Shown here: in pieces, positions 52,742 through 62,728 of the stretch | Layout: each line of letters begins with the position of its first letter | How positions within the stretch are numbered: position 1 is the stretch's first letter | Assembly: GCA_047284725.1 (NCBI GenBank) | Contig: JBJBEO010000001.1 | Span: 2,040,203-2,104,202, forward strand | DNA from: Synechococcus sp. | GTDB taxonomy: Bacteria; Cyanobacteriota; Cyanobacteriia; PCC-6307; Cyanobiaceae | Length of the DNA: 64,000 nt | Reading direction: 5' to 3' | Translations under genes and position numbers: made by a program | The notes under the pieces: model-generated | Told to the model about the DNA's origin: nothing | Databases searched by the model: none | What the model saw: only the letters and a program-made list of their open reading frames with translations

Positions 52742-55045
52742 TCAGCCGACCACAAGAATGTGGGCGTGGAAGAAGGCCCACGTGGTCGCGATGCCGCCCA
52801 GGAGGTAGTGAGCGACACCCACGGCACGGCCCTGGGTGATGGACAGCGCACGGGGCTGGATGGCGGGAGCCACCTTCAGCTTGTTGTGAGCCCAGACGAT
52901 GGACTCGATCAGCTCCTGCCAGTAGCCACGGCCGCTGAACAGGAACATCAGGCTGAAGGCCCAGACGAAGTGGGCACCAAGGAACATCAGGCCGTAGGCG
53001 CTGGTGTTGGAGCCATAGCTGTTGATCACCTGTGCGGCCTGGGCCCACAGGAAGTCACGCAGCCAGCCATTGATGGTGATGGCGCTGTTGGCAAAGTTGC
53101 CATTGGTGATGTGCTGAACGGAACCGTCAGCATTCACCGTTCCCCACACATCGCTCTGCATCTTCCAGGAGAAGTGGAAGATCACGACGGAGAGGGAGTT
53201 GTACATCCAGAACAGACCCAGGAACACGTGGTCCCAAGCTGAAACCTGGCAGGTGCCGCCACGACCGGGGCCATCGCAGGGGAAGCGGAAGCCGAGGTTG
53301 GCCTTGTCGGGCACAAGCCGAGAGTTACGGGCGTAAAGCACACCCTTCAGCAGGATCAGCACCGTCACGTGAATCGTGAAGGCGTGGATGTGGTGGACCA
53401 TGAAGTCCGCAGTGCCCAGGGGGATCGGGGCAGCGGCGACCTTGCCACCGACGGCCACGACGGACCCGTTGAACACTTCGCTCACACCGGCGAGGGTGTT
53501 GGGAGCGGTGCTGCCGGCAGCAGCAGCGTGGATGCCCTGGATCCACTGGGCAAAGATCGGCTGAATGGAGATCGCCGAGTCACTGAACATGTCCTGGGGA
53601 CGTCCCAGGGCACGCATGGTGTCGTTGTGGATGTAGAGGCCGAAGCTGTGAGCTCCGAGCCAGATGCAAACCCAGTTGAGGTGGCTGATGATTGCATCGC
53701 GAGCCTTGAGCACCCGGTCGAGCACGTTGTCGACATGCTTGGCGGGGTCGTAGTCACGGATCATGGCGATGGCAGCGTGCGCTGCAGCACCAACGATCAG
53801 GAATCCACCGATCCACATGTGGTGGGTGAACAGACCGATCTGGGTCGGATAGTCGATCGCCATGTACGGATACGGAGGCATCGCGTACATGTGCTGAGCA
53901 ACCACGATGCTCACGGAACCGCCGAGGGCCAGGTTCACGGCCAACTGGGCGTGCCAGCTGGTGGTCATGAACTCGAACAGGCCGTCATGACCTTTGGAGG
54001 CAGGGAACAGAAGAGGATCACCCTTCTGGCCTTCAAGGATCTCCTTGATGGAGTGACCGATGCCCCAGTTGGTGCGGTACATGTGGCCCGCGAAGATGAA
54101 CATCACGGCGATCGCCAGGTGGTGATGCGCGATGTCGGTCATCCACATGCTGCCGGTCACAGGATTCAACCCACCCTTGAAGGTGAGGAAGTCGCTGTAA
54201 GCAGCCCAGTCCCCTGAGAAGAAGGCGCCGATGCCGGCACCGAAACCGGGATACAGCTGCGCGAGCAGATCCTGGTTGAAGAATTCATGGGGCAGGGGAA
54301 TGTCTGCCACGGAAGCGATGGTCTTGCCATTGAGCACCAGCGGCTGGCCGGCGTCGATGGCATCCATCAACTTGGTGGTGGGCAGAGACACGTGCAGCAG
54401 GTGGCCAGCCCAGGAGAGGGACCCCAGGCCGAACAGTCCGGCCAGGTGGTGGTTGAGCATCGACTCAACGTTCTGGAACCACTCAAGCTTCGGAGCTGCC
54501 TTGTGGTAGTGGAAAACGCCTGCATTGAGCATCAGGCCGGCCATCACCAGAGCGCCGATGGCCAGAGCCATCAGCTGCGTTTCGTTGGTGATGCCCCAGG
54601 CGCGCCACATGTGGAAGAGGCCGGAGGTGATCTGAATGCCTTGATGGCCGGCACCCATGTCACCGTTGAGGATCTCCTGGCCGAAGACGGGCCACACCAC
54701 CTGAGCACTGGGCTTCACGTGGGTGGGATCGGCGAGCCAGCCGGAGAAGTTGGAGAAGCGGGCTCCATGGAAGAAGGCACCGCTCAGCCAGATGAAGATC
54801 ACGGCCAGATGGCCGAAGTGAGCACTGAAGATCTTCCGAGAGACCTCCTCAAGGTCGCTCGTGTGGCTGTCGAAATCGTGAGCGTTGGCGTGGAGGTTCC
54901 AAACCCAGGTGGTGGTTTTGGGACCTTTCGCGAGAGCTCGGTCGAAATGTCCGGGCTTGCCGAACAGTTCAAAGGTCGCTGGATTGTCGACCTTTTCGAC
55001 CTGGCTCTTCGCGGTGCTCCCACGCTCTGGTGGGCTGATGGTCAT
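52742..55045 (-). CDS. psaA: Photosystem I P700 apoprotein A1
   Basis: [35 protein letters not shown]. Confidence 0.99.
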   Translation of the reverse strand: MTISPPERGSTAKSQVEKVDNPATFELFGKPGHFDRALAKGPKTTTWVWNLHANAHDFDSHTSDLEEVSRKIFSAHFGHLAVIFIWLSGAFFHGARFSNFSGWLADPTHVKPSAQVVWPVFGQEILNGDMGAGHQGIQITSGLFHMWRAWGITNETQLMALAIGALVMAGLMLNAGVFHYHKAAPKLEWFQNVESMLNHHLAGLFGLGSLSWAGHLLHVSLPTTKLMDAIDAGQPLVLNGKTIASVADIPLPHEFFNQDLLAQLYPGFGAGIGAFFSGDWAAYSDFLTFKGGLNPVTGSMWMTDIAHHHLAIAVMFIFAGHMYRTNWGIGHSIKEILEGQKGDPLLFPASKGHDGLFEFMTTSWHAQLAVNLALGGSVSIVVAQHMYAMPPYPYMAIDYPTQIGLFTHHMWIGGFLIVGAAAHAAIAMIRDYDPAKHVDNVLDRVLKARDAIISHLNWVCIWLGAHSFGLYIHNDTMRALGRPQDMFSDSAISIQPIFAQWIQGIHAAAAGSTAPNTLAGVSEVFNGSVVAVGGKVAAAPIPLGTADFMVHHIHAFTIHVTVLILLKGVLYARNSRLVPDKANLGFRFPCDGPGRGGTCQVSAWDHVFLGLFWMYNSLSVVIFHFSWKMQSDVWGTVNADGSVQHITNGNFANSAITINGWLRDFLWAQAAQVINSYGSNTSAYGLMFLGAHFVWAFSLMFLFSGRGYWQELIESIVWAHNKLKVAPAIQPRALSITQGRAVGVAHYLLGGIATTWAFFHAHILVVG

Positions 55046-55220
55046 CGAGTCGTTCCTCGAGGGACGGGATCGAGGTGGTGGGCCACCCCTCCGACGAACA
55101 GGGTTCATCGGGGCCCCGGGCACAGCTCCGCAAAGCGTCGCCGACCCGGGCGCCAGTGGTTTTCAGAAGCCGAAACCCCTGACTCTCACTGGAGCATTGG
55201 GCCCCAAAGAGGGGACCGCT
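55046..55220 (-). ncRNA. Structured psaA 5' leader (psaA RNA motif-like)
   Basis: Hairpin TCAGGGGT-TTCG-GCTTCTGA (55163-55182) nested within CCAGTG/CACTGG; further stems; candidate -10 TATGCT at 55227-55232. Confidence 0.6.
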
Positions 55221-55461
55221 GGCGGAAGCATAGAGGCGGAAAGCGACCCAAAGCCCCAGTGAGTTACAAAGGTTCAATCCATCGGCGCCCCAGTCAGGAC
55301 AGGCAGTCTGCGAGAGGCCGACTAACAGCCCGGAAGGGACATTTTGAAAAATTTGCTATCAACAAAATCTCTATTTTCGCCAACTAAATAATACAAATAC
55401 TCCAATCTGGTGGCGAGGTTGATGGGTTGTTCAGAATGGCCTCAATCCGCTCTCCGTCTCC

Positions 55462-56841
55462 ATGCCCCCCCTGGCGAGACGCCATGCCATCGCCGCCTTG
55501 ATCGGTGTGCTGATCCTTTGGTTCGGTGCCGCGCCCAGCCAAGCCCTGGATCTCCCTGGCCTGCCATGGGGGACTCGTGCCACCTCTGGCAACAACAGCG
55601 CCGTGGCTGTGGAAGGACCAAACGGACGACTTCAAGAAGTGGCAGCCCCTGGAGGCGTGCAGCAACTGCGCAACGGTCTTGCTCGCCGCCAGCCCTTGGT
55701 GCAATTGCAAAGCCCGAACGACGGCAGCATCCTCGGCCCCTCCGACACCAGCCTGACGGTGTCGATCAAGGATTGGCCCCTGGTGGCCGATGACGACCTA
55801 GGCCTTGGCCCCCATCTGGCGCTCCAGATCGATGATCAGCCTCCGCTGCGGTTCACCGACTCCAGCACGACCGTCGATGGCACGGCCACCCTTGAGATTC
55901 CGCTGCCGGCCCTTTCCCCAGGCAGCCATCGCTTCACAGCGTATGCCGCTTACCCATGGGGAGAAGCGGTGAAAAGCCCTGGAGCCAGCCAGCAGTGGCG
56001 CCTGCATCAGCTACAGGCGCTGAAAGGCACCCAACCGGAACGCGATGACCCCTGGCTGGTGATGGTCAGCCCCGCTGAGCTCGGGAGCCACGAGCCGCTA
56101 CTGCTCGACTGGATGGTGTGGAACGCCCCTCTCCAGAACCTTCGCGATGGCGACGGGCGCTGGCGACTTCGACTCACCCTGAATGGCGACAGCTTCCTCG
56201 TGGATCGCCAGGAGGCGATTTGGCTCCGTCAAGGGGGCTCCAACCAACCGAGCACAATGAAGCCGAGTCTCGTGCAGATGGAACTGCTCGATGGCTTAGG
56301 CGACCCCATCAATCCCGCCTTCAACAACCAACTCAGGGCGTTGCCCCCAAGGCCTGCATCCCGCCCCATCTGGCTGCAGGCACAGCTCAGTGAGGCCAAG
56401 ATCTCCCGCCTCCTGGGCGAATCTCAGCCATCAGCCAAGCCAGCCACCGACGTCGTCGGCGCTGATGCGAGCCCACCAGAGCCCTCCTCACCCGTGGCAG
56501 CGGTTCCTCCAACCACCGAGGACACGGAGACCGACCTTGGCATCGGGCATAAAGGCAACAACGCAGCCCCCACCGACATCACCAACAGCACCAACAGCAC
56601 CAACAGCACCAACAGCACCAACAGCACCAACGGTGACGAAGCTGACCACAACGGCAACGCTCCCACCAACGGCACAGGGCTCCACGAGCCTGAGCAAGCA
56701 CAACCAACCCCACCAGAAGCGCCCGAATCCCAAGCCAAGACCCCAGCACCCCTTTTGAATGGCGAGGAACGGCTCACCCCGACCACCAGCCTGAGAGGAT
56801 CGGCCCGGGAACTGCTGAAGCCTGAGGGGCCCAAGCGCTGA
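55462..56841 (+). CDS. Conserved hypothetical exported protein with low-complexity tail
   Basis: Signal-peptide-like N-terminus, LGLGPHL, PGSH...YPWGEAVK; Pro/Thr-rich C-terminus. Confidence 0.75.
   Translation: MPPLARRHAIAALIGVLILWFGAAPSQALDLPGLPWGTRATSGNNSAVAVEGPNGRLQEVAAPGGVQQLRNGLARRQPLVQLQSPNDGSILGPSDTSLTVSIKDWPLVADDDLGLGPHLALQIDDQPPLRFTDSSTTVDGTATLEIPLPALSPGSHRFTAYAAYPWGEAVKSPGASQQWRLHQLQALKGTQPERDDPWLVMVSPAELGSHEPLLLDWMVWNAPLQNLRDGDGRWRLRLTLNGDSFLVDRQEAIWLRQGGSNQPSTMKPSLVQMELLDGLGDPINPAFNNQLRALPPRPASRPIWLQAQLSEAKISRLLGESQPSAKPATDVVGADASPPEPSSPVAAVPPTTEDTETDLGIGHKGNNAAPTDITNSTNSTNSTNSTNSTNGDEADHNGNAPTNGTGLHEPEQAQPTPPEAPESQAKTPAPLLNGEERLTPTTSLRGSARELLKPEGPKR
56581..56631 (+). repeat. 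Perfect 9-bp tandem repeat (ACCAACAGC) x5.7
   Basis: Read directly; encodes TNS repeats in frame. Confidence 0.95.
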
Positions 56842-56874
56842 TCAGCCAGCACCAACGTTCAGACCGCCGCACCC

Positions 56875-58752
56875 TTGTCCCTGTTGTCTGTCTCTACCGC
56901 TGTGGCTCAACGCCCGTGTTTTGCCCTCGGGCTGTCCAGCAATGCGCTTCCACTGCTTCAACGCCTGCAGACCGCTGGCCTGGCGCAGACCATTGCACTC
57001 ACCACCAAGGCAGCGGAGACAGCTGCTGCCACCGACGTCACGCTGCTGCGAGGCTCTGCATCGGATCTCCTGCGAGAGCACTGGGAGGGGACTGTGCTGG
57101 TGGTGGGGGCCCTCGGGGCCGTCACCCGTCTGATTGCCCCCTTGATGCGGTCGAAGCGCACCGACCCGGCCGTCCTGGTGCTCGACGCTGATGGACATCT
57201 GGTGGTCCCCCTGCTGGGCGGACATCAGGCCGGAGCGGAAGCCCTGGCGCATCAACTTGCGGCGAACCTGGGAGGCCGAGCGGTTTTCACCGGCGACTGT
57301 GCCAGCCAGAAGCGGCTTGCCCTCGACGCCTTTGGCTGCGATTGGGGATGGAAGGCAAGCGGCAACGCAGAGGCCTGGAAACAACTGATGGTCTCCCAGG
57401 CCCAAGGTCATGCTCTGCAACTGACACAGGATTGCGGAACGCAGCTCTGGCAACAGAGCACAGCCGCCAAAGCCCTTGTGCTGGCGGATTCAGGCAACCG
57501 TCCCGATACAGCACAGACACCGACTCGACTGACCATCACCGCTGAGCGCAATCCAAGCCCCACCACGACCTGTTGCTGGCACCCCCCGGTGCTGTGGCTG
57601 GGCATCGGATGCGAACGCGACACAAGCCTCCAGCTGATTGAACGGGCCATTGCCACAGCTCTCCACGAAGCCGGACTCGCCAAAGAGGCCGTGGCGGGGC
57701 TGAGCACAATCGACCGCAAAGGCGACGAACCGGCCTTGCTGGCCCTGGCCAAACAGGAGGGCTGGCCGCTGCGGTTGCACGACGCTGCCAGCCTGGCCAG
57801 CGTGGATGTTCCCACCCCCTCCAGCGTGGTGGCAGCAGAAATGGGAACAGCGTCAGTGGCCGAAGCAGCGGCACTGCTTGCCTCGGGCGCGGAAGGCCGG
57901 TTACGGGTTCCCAAGCGCATCGAGCGTTCCGAAGGAAAACACGAACGGGGGGCCGCCACTGTGGCCATCGCTGAATCCCCTCTGCCGAGCGCAGCCCAGC
58001 ACGGCGAACTGCACCTGATTGGAAGTGGGCCGGGCGACCTGGCCCTTCTCACCCCCGATGCCCGTCAGGCCCTCAGTCGATGCGTGGCCTGGGTGGGCTA
58101 CGGGCTCTACCTCGATCTACTCGAACCCCTGCGCCGCGCTGACCAGGCCCGTGTCGATGGACAGCTCACGATGGAATGGGAACGCTGCGCCGAAGCGCTG
58201 CGGCTGGCCCAACAAGGCACCAAAGTGGCTTTGGTGTCGTCGGGCGACAGCGGCATTTACGCCATGGCGGGACTGGCTCTTGAACTCTGGCTCCAACAAG
58301 CGGAACACTGCCGACCGCTCTTCCATGTGCATCCCGGCATCTCAGCTTTGCAGCTAGCAGCGGCCAGAGCTGGGGCTCCACTGATGCACGATTTCTGCAC
58401 TGTGAGCCTGAGTGACCGGCTGACGCCCTGGGAGGTGATTGAACAGCGGCTGCAAGCTGCAGCAGCTGGTGACTTCGTGGTGGCCCTTTACAACCCGCGC
58501 TCCAAAGGACGCGACTGGCAACTGGCCCGAGCTGTGGAGCTACTGCGAAACGAACGCCAAGCCGCCACTCCTGTGGTGCTGGCCAGACAATTGGGACGGA
58601 GGGAAGAAACGATCAAACACACAACACTGGAGAGCCTGAATCCGTCTGATGTCGACATGCTCACCGTGGTACTGATCGGGAACAGCACCACTTATGTCAA
58701 AGACGGAAAGATGGTCACCCCTCGGGGATATCCAGGCGCCAGCCTGGGATGA
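56875..58752 (+). CDS. cobJ: CbiG-CbiH fusion, precorrin-3B C17-methyltransferase
   Basis: DPAVLVLD...LLGGHQAGA, GIGCER, SVAEAAA (CbiG); GSGPG, SSGDSGIY, SLSDRLTPW, YNPRS, TPRGY (CbiH). Confidence 0.93.
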   Translation: MSLLSVSTAVAQRPCFALGLSSNALPLLQRLQTAGLAQTIALTTKAAETAAATDVTLLRGSASDLLREHWEGTVLVVGALGAVTRLIAPLMRSKRTDPAVLVLDADGHLVVPLLGGHQAGAEALAHQLAANLGGRAVFTGDCASQKRLALDAFGCDWGWKASGNAEAWKQLMVSQAQGHALQLTQDCGTQLWQQSTAAKALVLADSGNRPDTAQTPTRLTITAERNPSPTTTCCWHPPVLWLGIGCERDTSLQLIERAIATALHEAGLAKEAVAGLSTIDRKGDEPALLALAKQEGWPLRLHDAASLASVDVPTPSSVVAAEMGTASVAEAAALLASGAEGRLRVPKRIERSEGKHERGAATVAIAESPLPSAAQHGELHLIGSGPGDLALLTPDARQALSRCVAWVGYGLYLDLLEPLRRADQARVDGQLTMEWERCAEALRLAQQGTKVALVSSGDSGIYAMAGLALELWLQQAEHCRPLFHVHPGISALQLAAARAGAPLMHDFCTVSLSDRLTPWEVIEQRLQAAAAGDFVVALYNPRSKGRDWQLARAVELLRNERQAATPVVLARQLGRREETIKHTTLESLNPSDVDMLTVVLIGNSTTYVKDGKMVTPRGYPGASLG

Positions 58753-58904
58753 TCAGGCCCTGAAGCTCCGACCAACAACTCGTCATCATTGATCAAACCA
58801 AGTGGGACGGATCCAGACATCACCGATCTCAGCAGAGTCAAGCCAGAAGCATCACACAATGCGTGAGCCGGTCAAGCGATAGATGCAAACTCCAACGAAT
58901 CACC

Positions 58905-60383
58905 TCAACGCGTCAACTTTCTGATCATGCGATGAACAATTCGACCTGGGTGCAATGACCAGAAAGACGTCTCTTGTCCTTTCTGATTGATCGGATCCGC
59001 CAAGGATTTTTGAGTAGAAAACAATCCCAAAACGGCCTCAAAGGACAGAGGGCGATAAAAATAAAAGCCTTGAGCTAAGAGAACACCCATGTCTTTGGCG
59101 AATGACAGCTGAGCCGATGTCTCGATCCCCTCTGCAACAACCTTCATACCGCTTTGAACCAGCGACGCAACAATACCCTTCAGAATCAGCTCCTTCTGAG
59201 CATCAAGCTCACCCGCAAAAGCGACAAAAAAACGATCCAGTTTAACCGTATTAATATCGGTTTCCAAGAGACGCTTCAAAGAGGAATAACCGATCCCAAA
59301 ATCGTCAATGGCAACGACAGCCCCCAAGCCTTTAAGCCGTGCAATAAATTCATCCATGTCTGCATTGGAAATTGTCACCTCTTGCTCAAGAATTTCAAAT
59401 TGAAACGATATATCAGGACACGTCGAAGCGACTCGAGAAACTGAATCAATGATTTTCTCCCTTGCCACAGGCGAGTTAAACGTTGCTCCGGAAATATTAA
59501 TACTGAAAACAAAATGTTTTAAATTAATGGAGTTTTTCATTACAAGCAGATCAGAGACTCCTCTTTCGAGAACGGTAAGATCAAACGTCTCAACCAACGC
59601 GTACTTCTGAAAGACCGGCAGAAACCTATTTGGAGAGTGCAAAACGCCATTAGCCTTGATGCGCGCTAACACCTCAAAACCGACAATCTGATTCGTTTGC
59701 AAATTGACGATCGGCTGGTAATGGGGCTCAACAAGGGAACGAGACAACTGATCAATGAATATTTTTTCAAAGTCGGCTTCGACATCAGGCTCTATCAAGG
59801 AATGAATTCCTTGAGCACTGAAAGAAGAAACAAGATAGCGATGGCCAAAATCTTTTTTAAACTCTTGATCACTACTCAAGAGCGCGTCCATCAGTAAAAT
59901 CGGATTGGATGGAAATCTCGCCAGATCCGCATCATAAAGCCCAAGAACATCAAGCTTAAGCAAGATATCTGAGCCACCAGAACCAAGATCATCGCCCGAG
60001 GAGGTGAGATCGCGATTTGAATTAATTTTGATACACTCTAACGAGGAATCTACAAGGTCCTCAAGGAGCCTTGAAGTATTGACGGGTCCAATATCCCTCA
60101 GCTGTTGGATTAAGACCAAAAAATCAGAACCATTAATATCATAAAACTTACTTCTCTTAGGAAGAACTCCTATCAACAAACGCAGGAAATTGGCTTTTTT
60201 CCGAACACTTGCTTCGGACTCAGTTTTCCCTTCACCCAAGCGACCGAGCAACCTGTAATGAATATAGATATAATTGATATTGAAATCTTGACTAATCAGG
60301 CAATCTTCTGCAAAAGCTAGGCTCGTATAGTCAATTTCTTGACTCTCGCAATAAGACGCAAGCCAATCTAGAGAATAAATCAT
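58905..60383 (-). CDS. EAL c-di-GMP phosphodiesterase with degenerate N-terminal GGDEF-like region
   Basis: YQPIV, FEVLAR, SINIS, FEILE, IDDFGIGYSSL, KLDR, AEGIE, AQGFYF; start ATG 60383 chosen to avoid overlapping the cyclase. Confidence 0.9.
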   Translation of the reverse strand: MIYSLDWLASYCESQEIDYTSLAFAEDCLISQDFNINYIYIHYRLLGRLGEGKTESEASVRKKANFLRLLIGVLPKRSKFYDINGSDFLVLIQQLRDIGPVNTSRLLEDLVDSSLECIKINSNRDLTSSGDDLGSGGSDILLKLDVLGLYDADLARFPSNPILLMDALLSSDQEFKKDFGHRYLVSSFSAQGIHSLIEPDVEADFEKIFIDQLSRSLVEPHYQPIVNLQTNQIVGFEVLARIKANGVLHSPNRFLPVFQKYALVETFDLTVLERGVSDLLVMKNSINLKHFVFSINISGATFNSPVAREKIIDSVSRVASTCPDISFQFEILEQEVTISNADMDEFIARLKGLGAVVAIDDFGIGYSSLKRLLETDINTVKLDRFFVAFAGELDAQKELILKGIVASLVQSGMKVVAEGIETSAQLSFAKDMGVLLAQGFYFYRPLSFEAVLGLFSTQKSLADPINQKGQETSFWSLHPGRIVHRMIRKLTR

Positions 60384-60390
60384 TTTAGCA

Positions 60391-61572
60391 TCAAGCACCA
60401 GTGACCTTGTTTTTACCTTTGAACTTACTTTTATACAAGAACTCATCAGCGCTGCGCATCAGCACCTCGAGACTGTAACCTGACTTAGACGTACTCGAAA
60501 AACCGGCACTAATCGTGATACGGACTGGCTGATCGCTCTTATTAAAGTGGTACATCTCAATCTGATGCCTTAAACGATTCAGCAAATTAACCGCATCCTT
60601 AGCAGTCGCTCTATATAAGATGGCAAATTCCTCTCCGCCATAGCGCGATGAGCAATCAAAATAATCCCTTGTATTACTTTTAATGATAGCACCAACCTCG
60701 GAGAGAACAACATCTCCAACACCATGGCCATAGGTGTCATTGATTCTCTTGAAGTCGTCAATATCTAAAATACAAAGACAAAAATGGTCACTCGCTTCTT
60801 GAGCCCGTAAAAGCTTTAACTTGCAAATCTCAACGAAAAGCTTTCGATCCATAAGTTGAGTCAAGCCGTCAGTTTGAAGACCTGTAAAAAGAGAAGGGAG
60901 AATCTTATAGTTGAAAAACAGATAAATTGGGAGGTAAGCAAAGAATAGTGCTACAACAGCGATGGCAAACTCAAGGAAGAATTGATTAGACAAACCATCG
61001 TAAAATCCGCTCATTGAATACGTGTAGGCAAGCGTGTATCTATCAGGCTTGCTTTGGCCTTGTCTTAGCATTTGCCTCGGCACAATCTCTCGAGAAAAAG
61101 TGACGAACTTTCCAAGCTTGTTATGATTATTTAATTCAGCCTGTGTGCATCGACGAGCCTCAAAACAAGAGGCAAGCCTTCGAAACTGTGCATTGCTTAG
61201 CTGAGGAACCAGCAATGATTGGGAGTAAATTGGTTGATTGAGCCATAAAGGGACCGACGAATAAACAATTGTACCGTCAGCATCAGCGACAATGATTGAT
61301 GTATGATCACTAAATAACAATTTCTTGTCACGTTTTGCCAGCAAAATATGGGCATCTATGTGCGAAGCCAAAGAGGAGAGTGAATGGCCTGAATCCAGGT
61401 GACTTTCCACAAGACTTACATACTCATTGGCCTTTGAATTTTGATCTTTAACTTCAGATTCAAATGCATCCATGGTTTGATATATAGCCGCAAGCAAACT
61501 TATAAACAGTGTTGAACACGCAAAGAAGATCTTTGATTGCTTTTGAATTCTACGCTTGGTAGGCCTCCTCAT
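60391..61572 (-). CDS. Membrane-bound diguanylate cyclase with extracytoplasmic sensor domain
   Basis: Two TM segments; TDGLTQL, DIDDFKRINDTYGHGVGD, RYGGEEF (60625-60639), TISAG, ADEFLYKSK..GKN. Confidence 0.92.
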   Translation of the reverse strand: MRRPTKRRIQKQSKIFFACSTLFISLLAAIYQTMDAFESEVKDQNSKANEYVSLVESHLDSGHSLSSLASHIDAHILLAKRDKKLLFSDHTSIIVADADGTIVYSSVPLWLNQPIYSQSLLVPQLSNAQFRRLASCFEARRCTQAELNNHNKLGKFVTFSREIVPRQMLRQGQSKPDRYTLAYTYSMSGFYDGLSNQFFLEFAIAVVALFFAYLPIYLFFNYKILPSLFTGLQTDGLTQLMDRKLFVEICKLKLLRAQEASDHFCLCILDIDDFKRINDTYGHGVGDVVLSEVGAIIKSNTRDYFDCSSRYGGEEFAILYRATAKDAVNLLNRLRHQIEMYHFNKSDQPVRITISAGFSSTSKSGYSLEVLMRSADEFLYKSKFKGKNKVTGA

Positions 61573-61576
61573 TGGT

Positions 61577-62728
61577 TCACGAGTCAGCTAAAGATTGATT
61601 GGCCAAATAATAGGAGAGCTTCGTTCTACTTGAATTAGAAAAGATCGGAATTAACACAAGATTGTTTTTGAATTGAGTTCCGTCGGATCGGTAGTTAGTT
61701 ATGACGCACTGGAACCTTTTTCCTTTGGCAATGGCATCCTTGATTTCCGCCTTAATAGATACTTCAGTGTCAGGACCTTGCAAAAATCTACAATTTTTTC
61801 CCAATACAAACTCACGGGTGTAACCAGTGAGCTCAGTAAAAGCCTGGTTGGCGTAGATTGTAGGTTGGCCATCGGCCGTCATATCAGATATCGTGATACC
61901 AACGGATGATCTCTCAATAGCTTCTTTGAAAATCTCGGAATCGTCCAATATTTTTGTGACATCAGAGATGTTTTTAATTTCATCATCAAGGCTATGCTTC
62001 AAGTTTCTTATAATATTATTGTTTTTGATGTATACATTGCGCGAATAGAATAAACCTACAATGCCAACAACTGATGACATCAAGGCCGTGTAGTAAATTG
62101 GATTCATATATTCAACCTCTAAAGACTCCAAGCTCTTAACGCTCACCTCTTGTATACCTCGAAGATCACCAACCTTCCAATTTTTCTTGGGAGAATCAGG
62201 ATGAGCATTATGACAGGTGACACACGACTCTTTCATTCTCACAGGCGTTGCAAGCCTGAAAATTTCGTCTTGACCTATTTGACTGTACTTTTCGTAAAAT
62301 CGAAGCGTTGGATCCTTTTCAAAAACTTGAATGGAGTCTTGCTGAAAAGCATCGAGAGCTCTTTCCTCTTTACGGTTATTAAAAGGATATTTAGACGTAA
62401 AGGCATAATTGATTCTTCCATCTGAGTGTGTGGCATCAAAAATAGCGCCCAACTCGATGGAAAGCGTTGCAGGAATTGGAATCCCGCCCTTGAAGTCATG
62501 GTAGCGCTCAGAAAGCACAACTTTTCCCTCACCCTCTTGAACATTAGAGACGATATTTTGTGAATAATAGGCCCTGATATTGTCGACCAAAGAAGCAATC
62601 TCTACTGCCTCATTTTTCATTCTGGTTTTCGCTGCATCACGAAGACCAGTCGTAAACAGTAAAGGCAAAAGCAATCCCAAAAGAATTGAAGCAGCCAGAA
62701 AAATATTGAGAACTCGTTTAGCGCGCAC
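61577..62728 (-). CDS. DUF3365/Tll0287-like c-type heme domain plus LOV domain membrane sensor
   Basis: TM; PIPAT; ATPVRMKESCVTCH..HP...WKVGDLRG; TM; LOV with YANQAFTELTGY, GKNCRFLQGP, NYRSDG, N, Q. Confidence 0.88.
   Translation of the reverse strand: MRAKRVLNIFLAASILLGLLLPLLFTTGLRDAAKTRMKNEAVEIASLVDNIRAYYSQNIVSNVQEGEGKVVLSERYHDFKGGIPIPATLSIELGAIFDATHSDGRINYAFTSKYPFNNRKEERALDAFQQDSIQVFEKDPTLRFYEKYSQIGQDEIFRLATPVRMKESCVTCHNAHPDSPKKNWKVGDLRGIQEVSVKSLESLEVEYMNPIYYTALMSSVVGIVGLFYSRNVYIKNNNIIRNLKHSLDDEIKNISDVTKILDDSEIFKEAIERSSVGITISDMTADGQPTIYANQAFTELTGYTREFVLGKNCRFLQGPDTEVSIKAEIKDAIAKGKRFQCVITNYRSDGTQFKNNLVLIPIFSNSSRTKLSYYLANQSLADS

Noticed and set aside
55263..55280. GTTACAAA as an RpaB/HLR1 site upstream of psaA
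   Set aside because: Only one good half-site; the second repeat is too degenerate to call.
56581..56631. Tandem repeat as a CRISPR array
   Set aside because: 9-bp units without spacers, inside a coding frame; no cas genes in the window.
58746..58757. GGGATGATCAGG resembling the tRNA-Pro 3' end (GGGATGACAGG, 63810-63820) as an att repeat
   Set aside because: Only 11 matches with an indel, and it overlaps the cobJ stop codon; too short to distinguish from chance.
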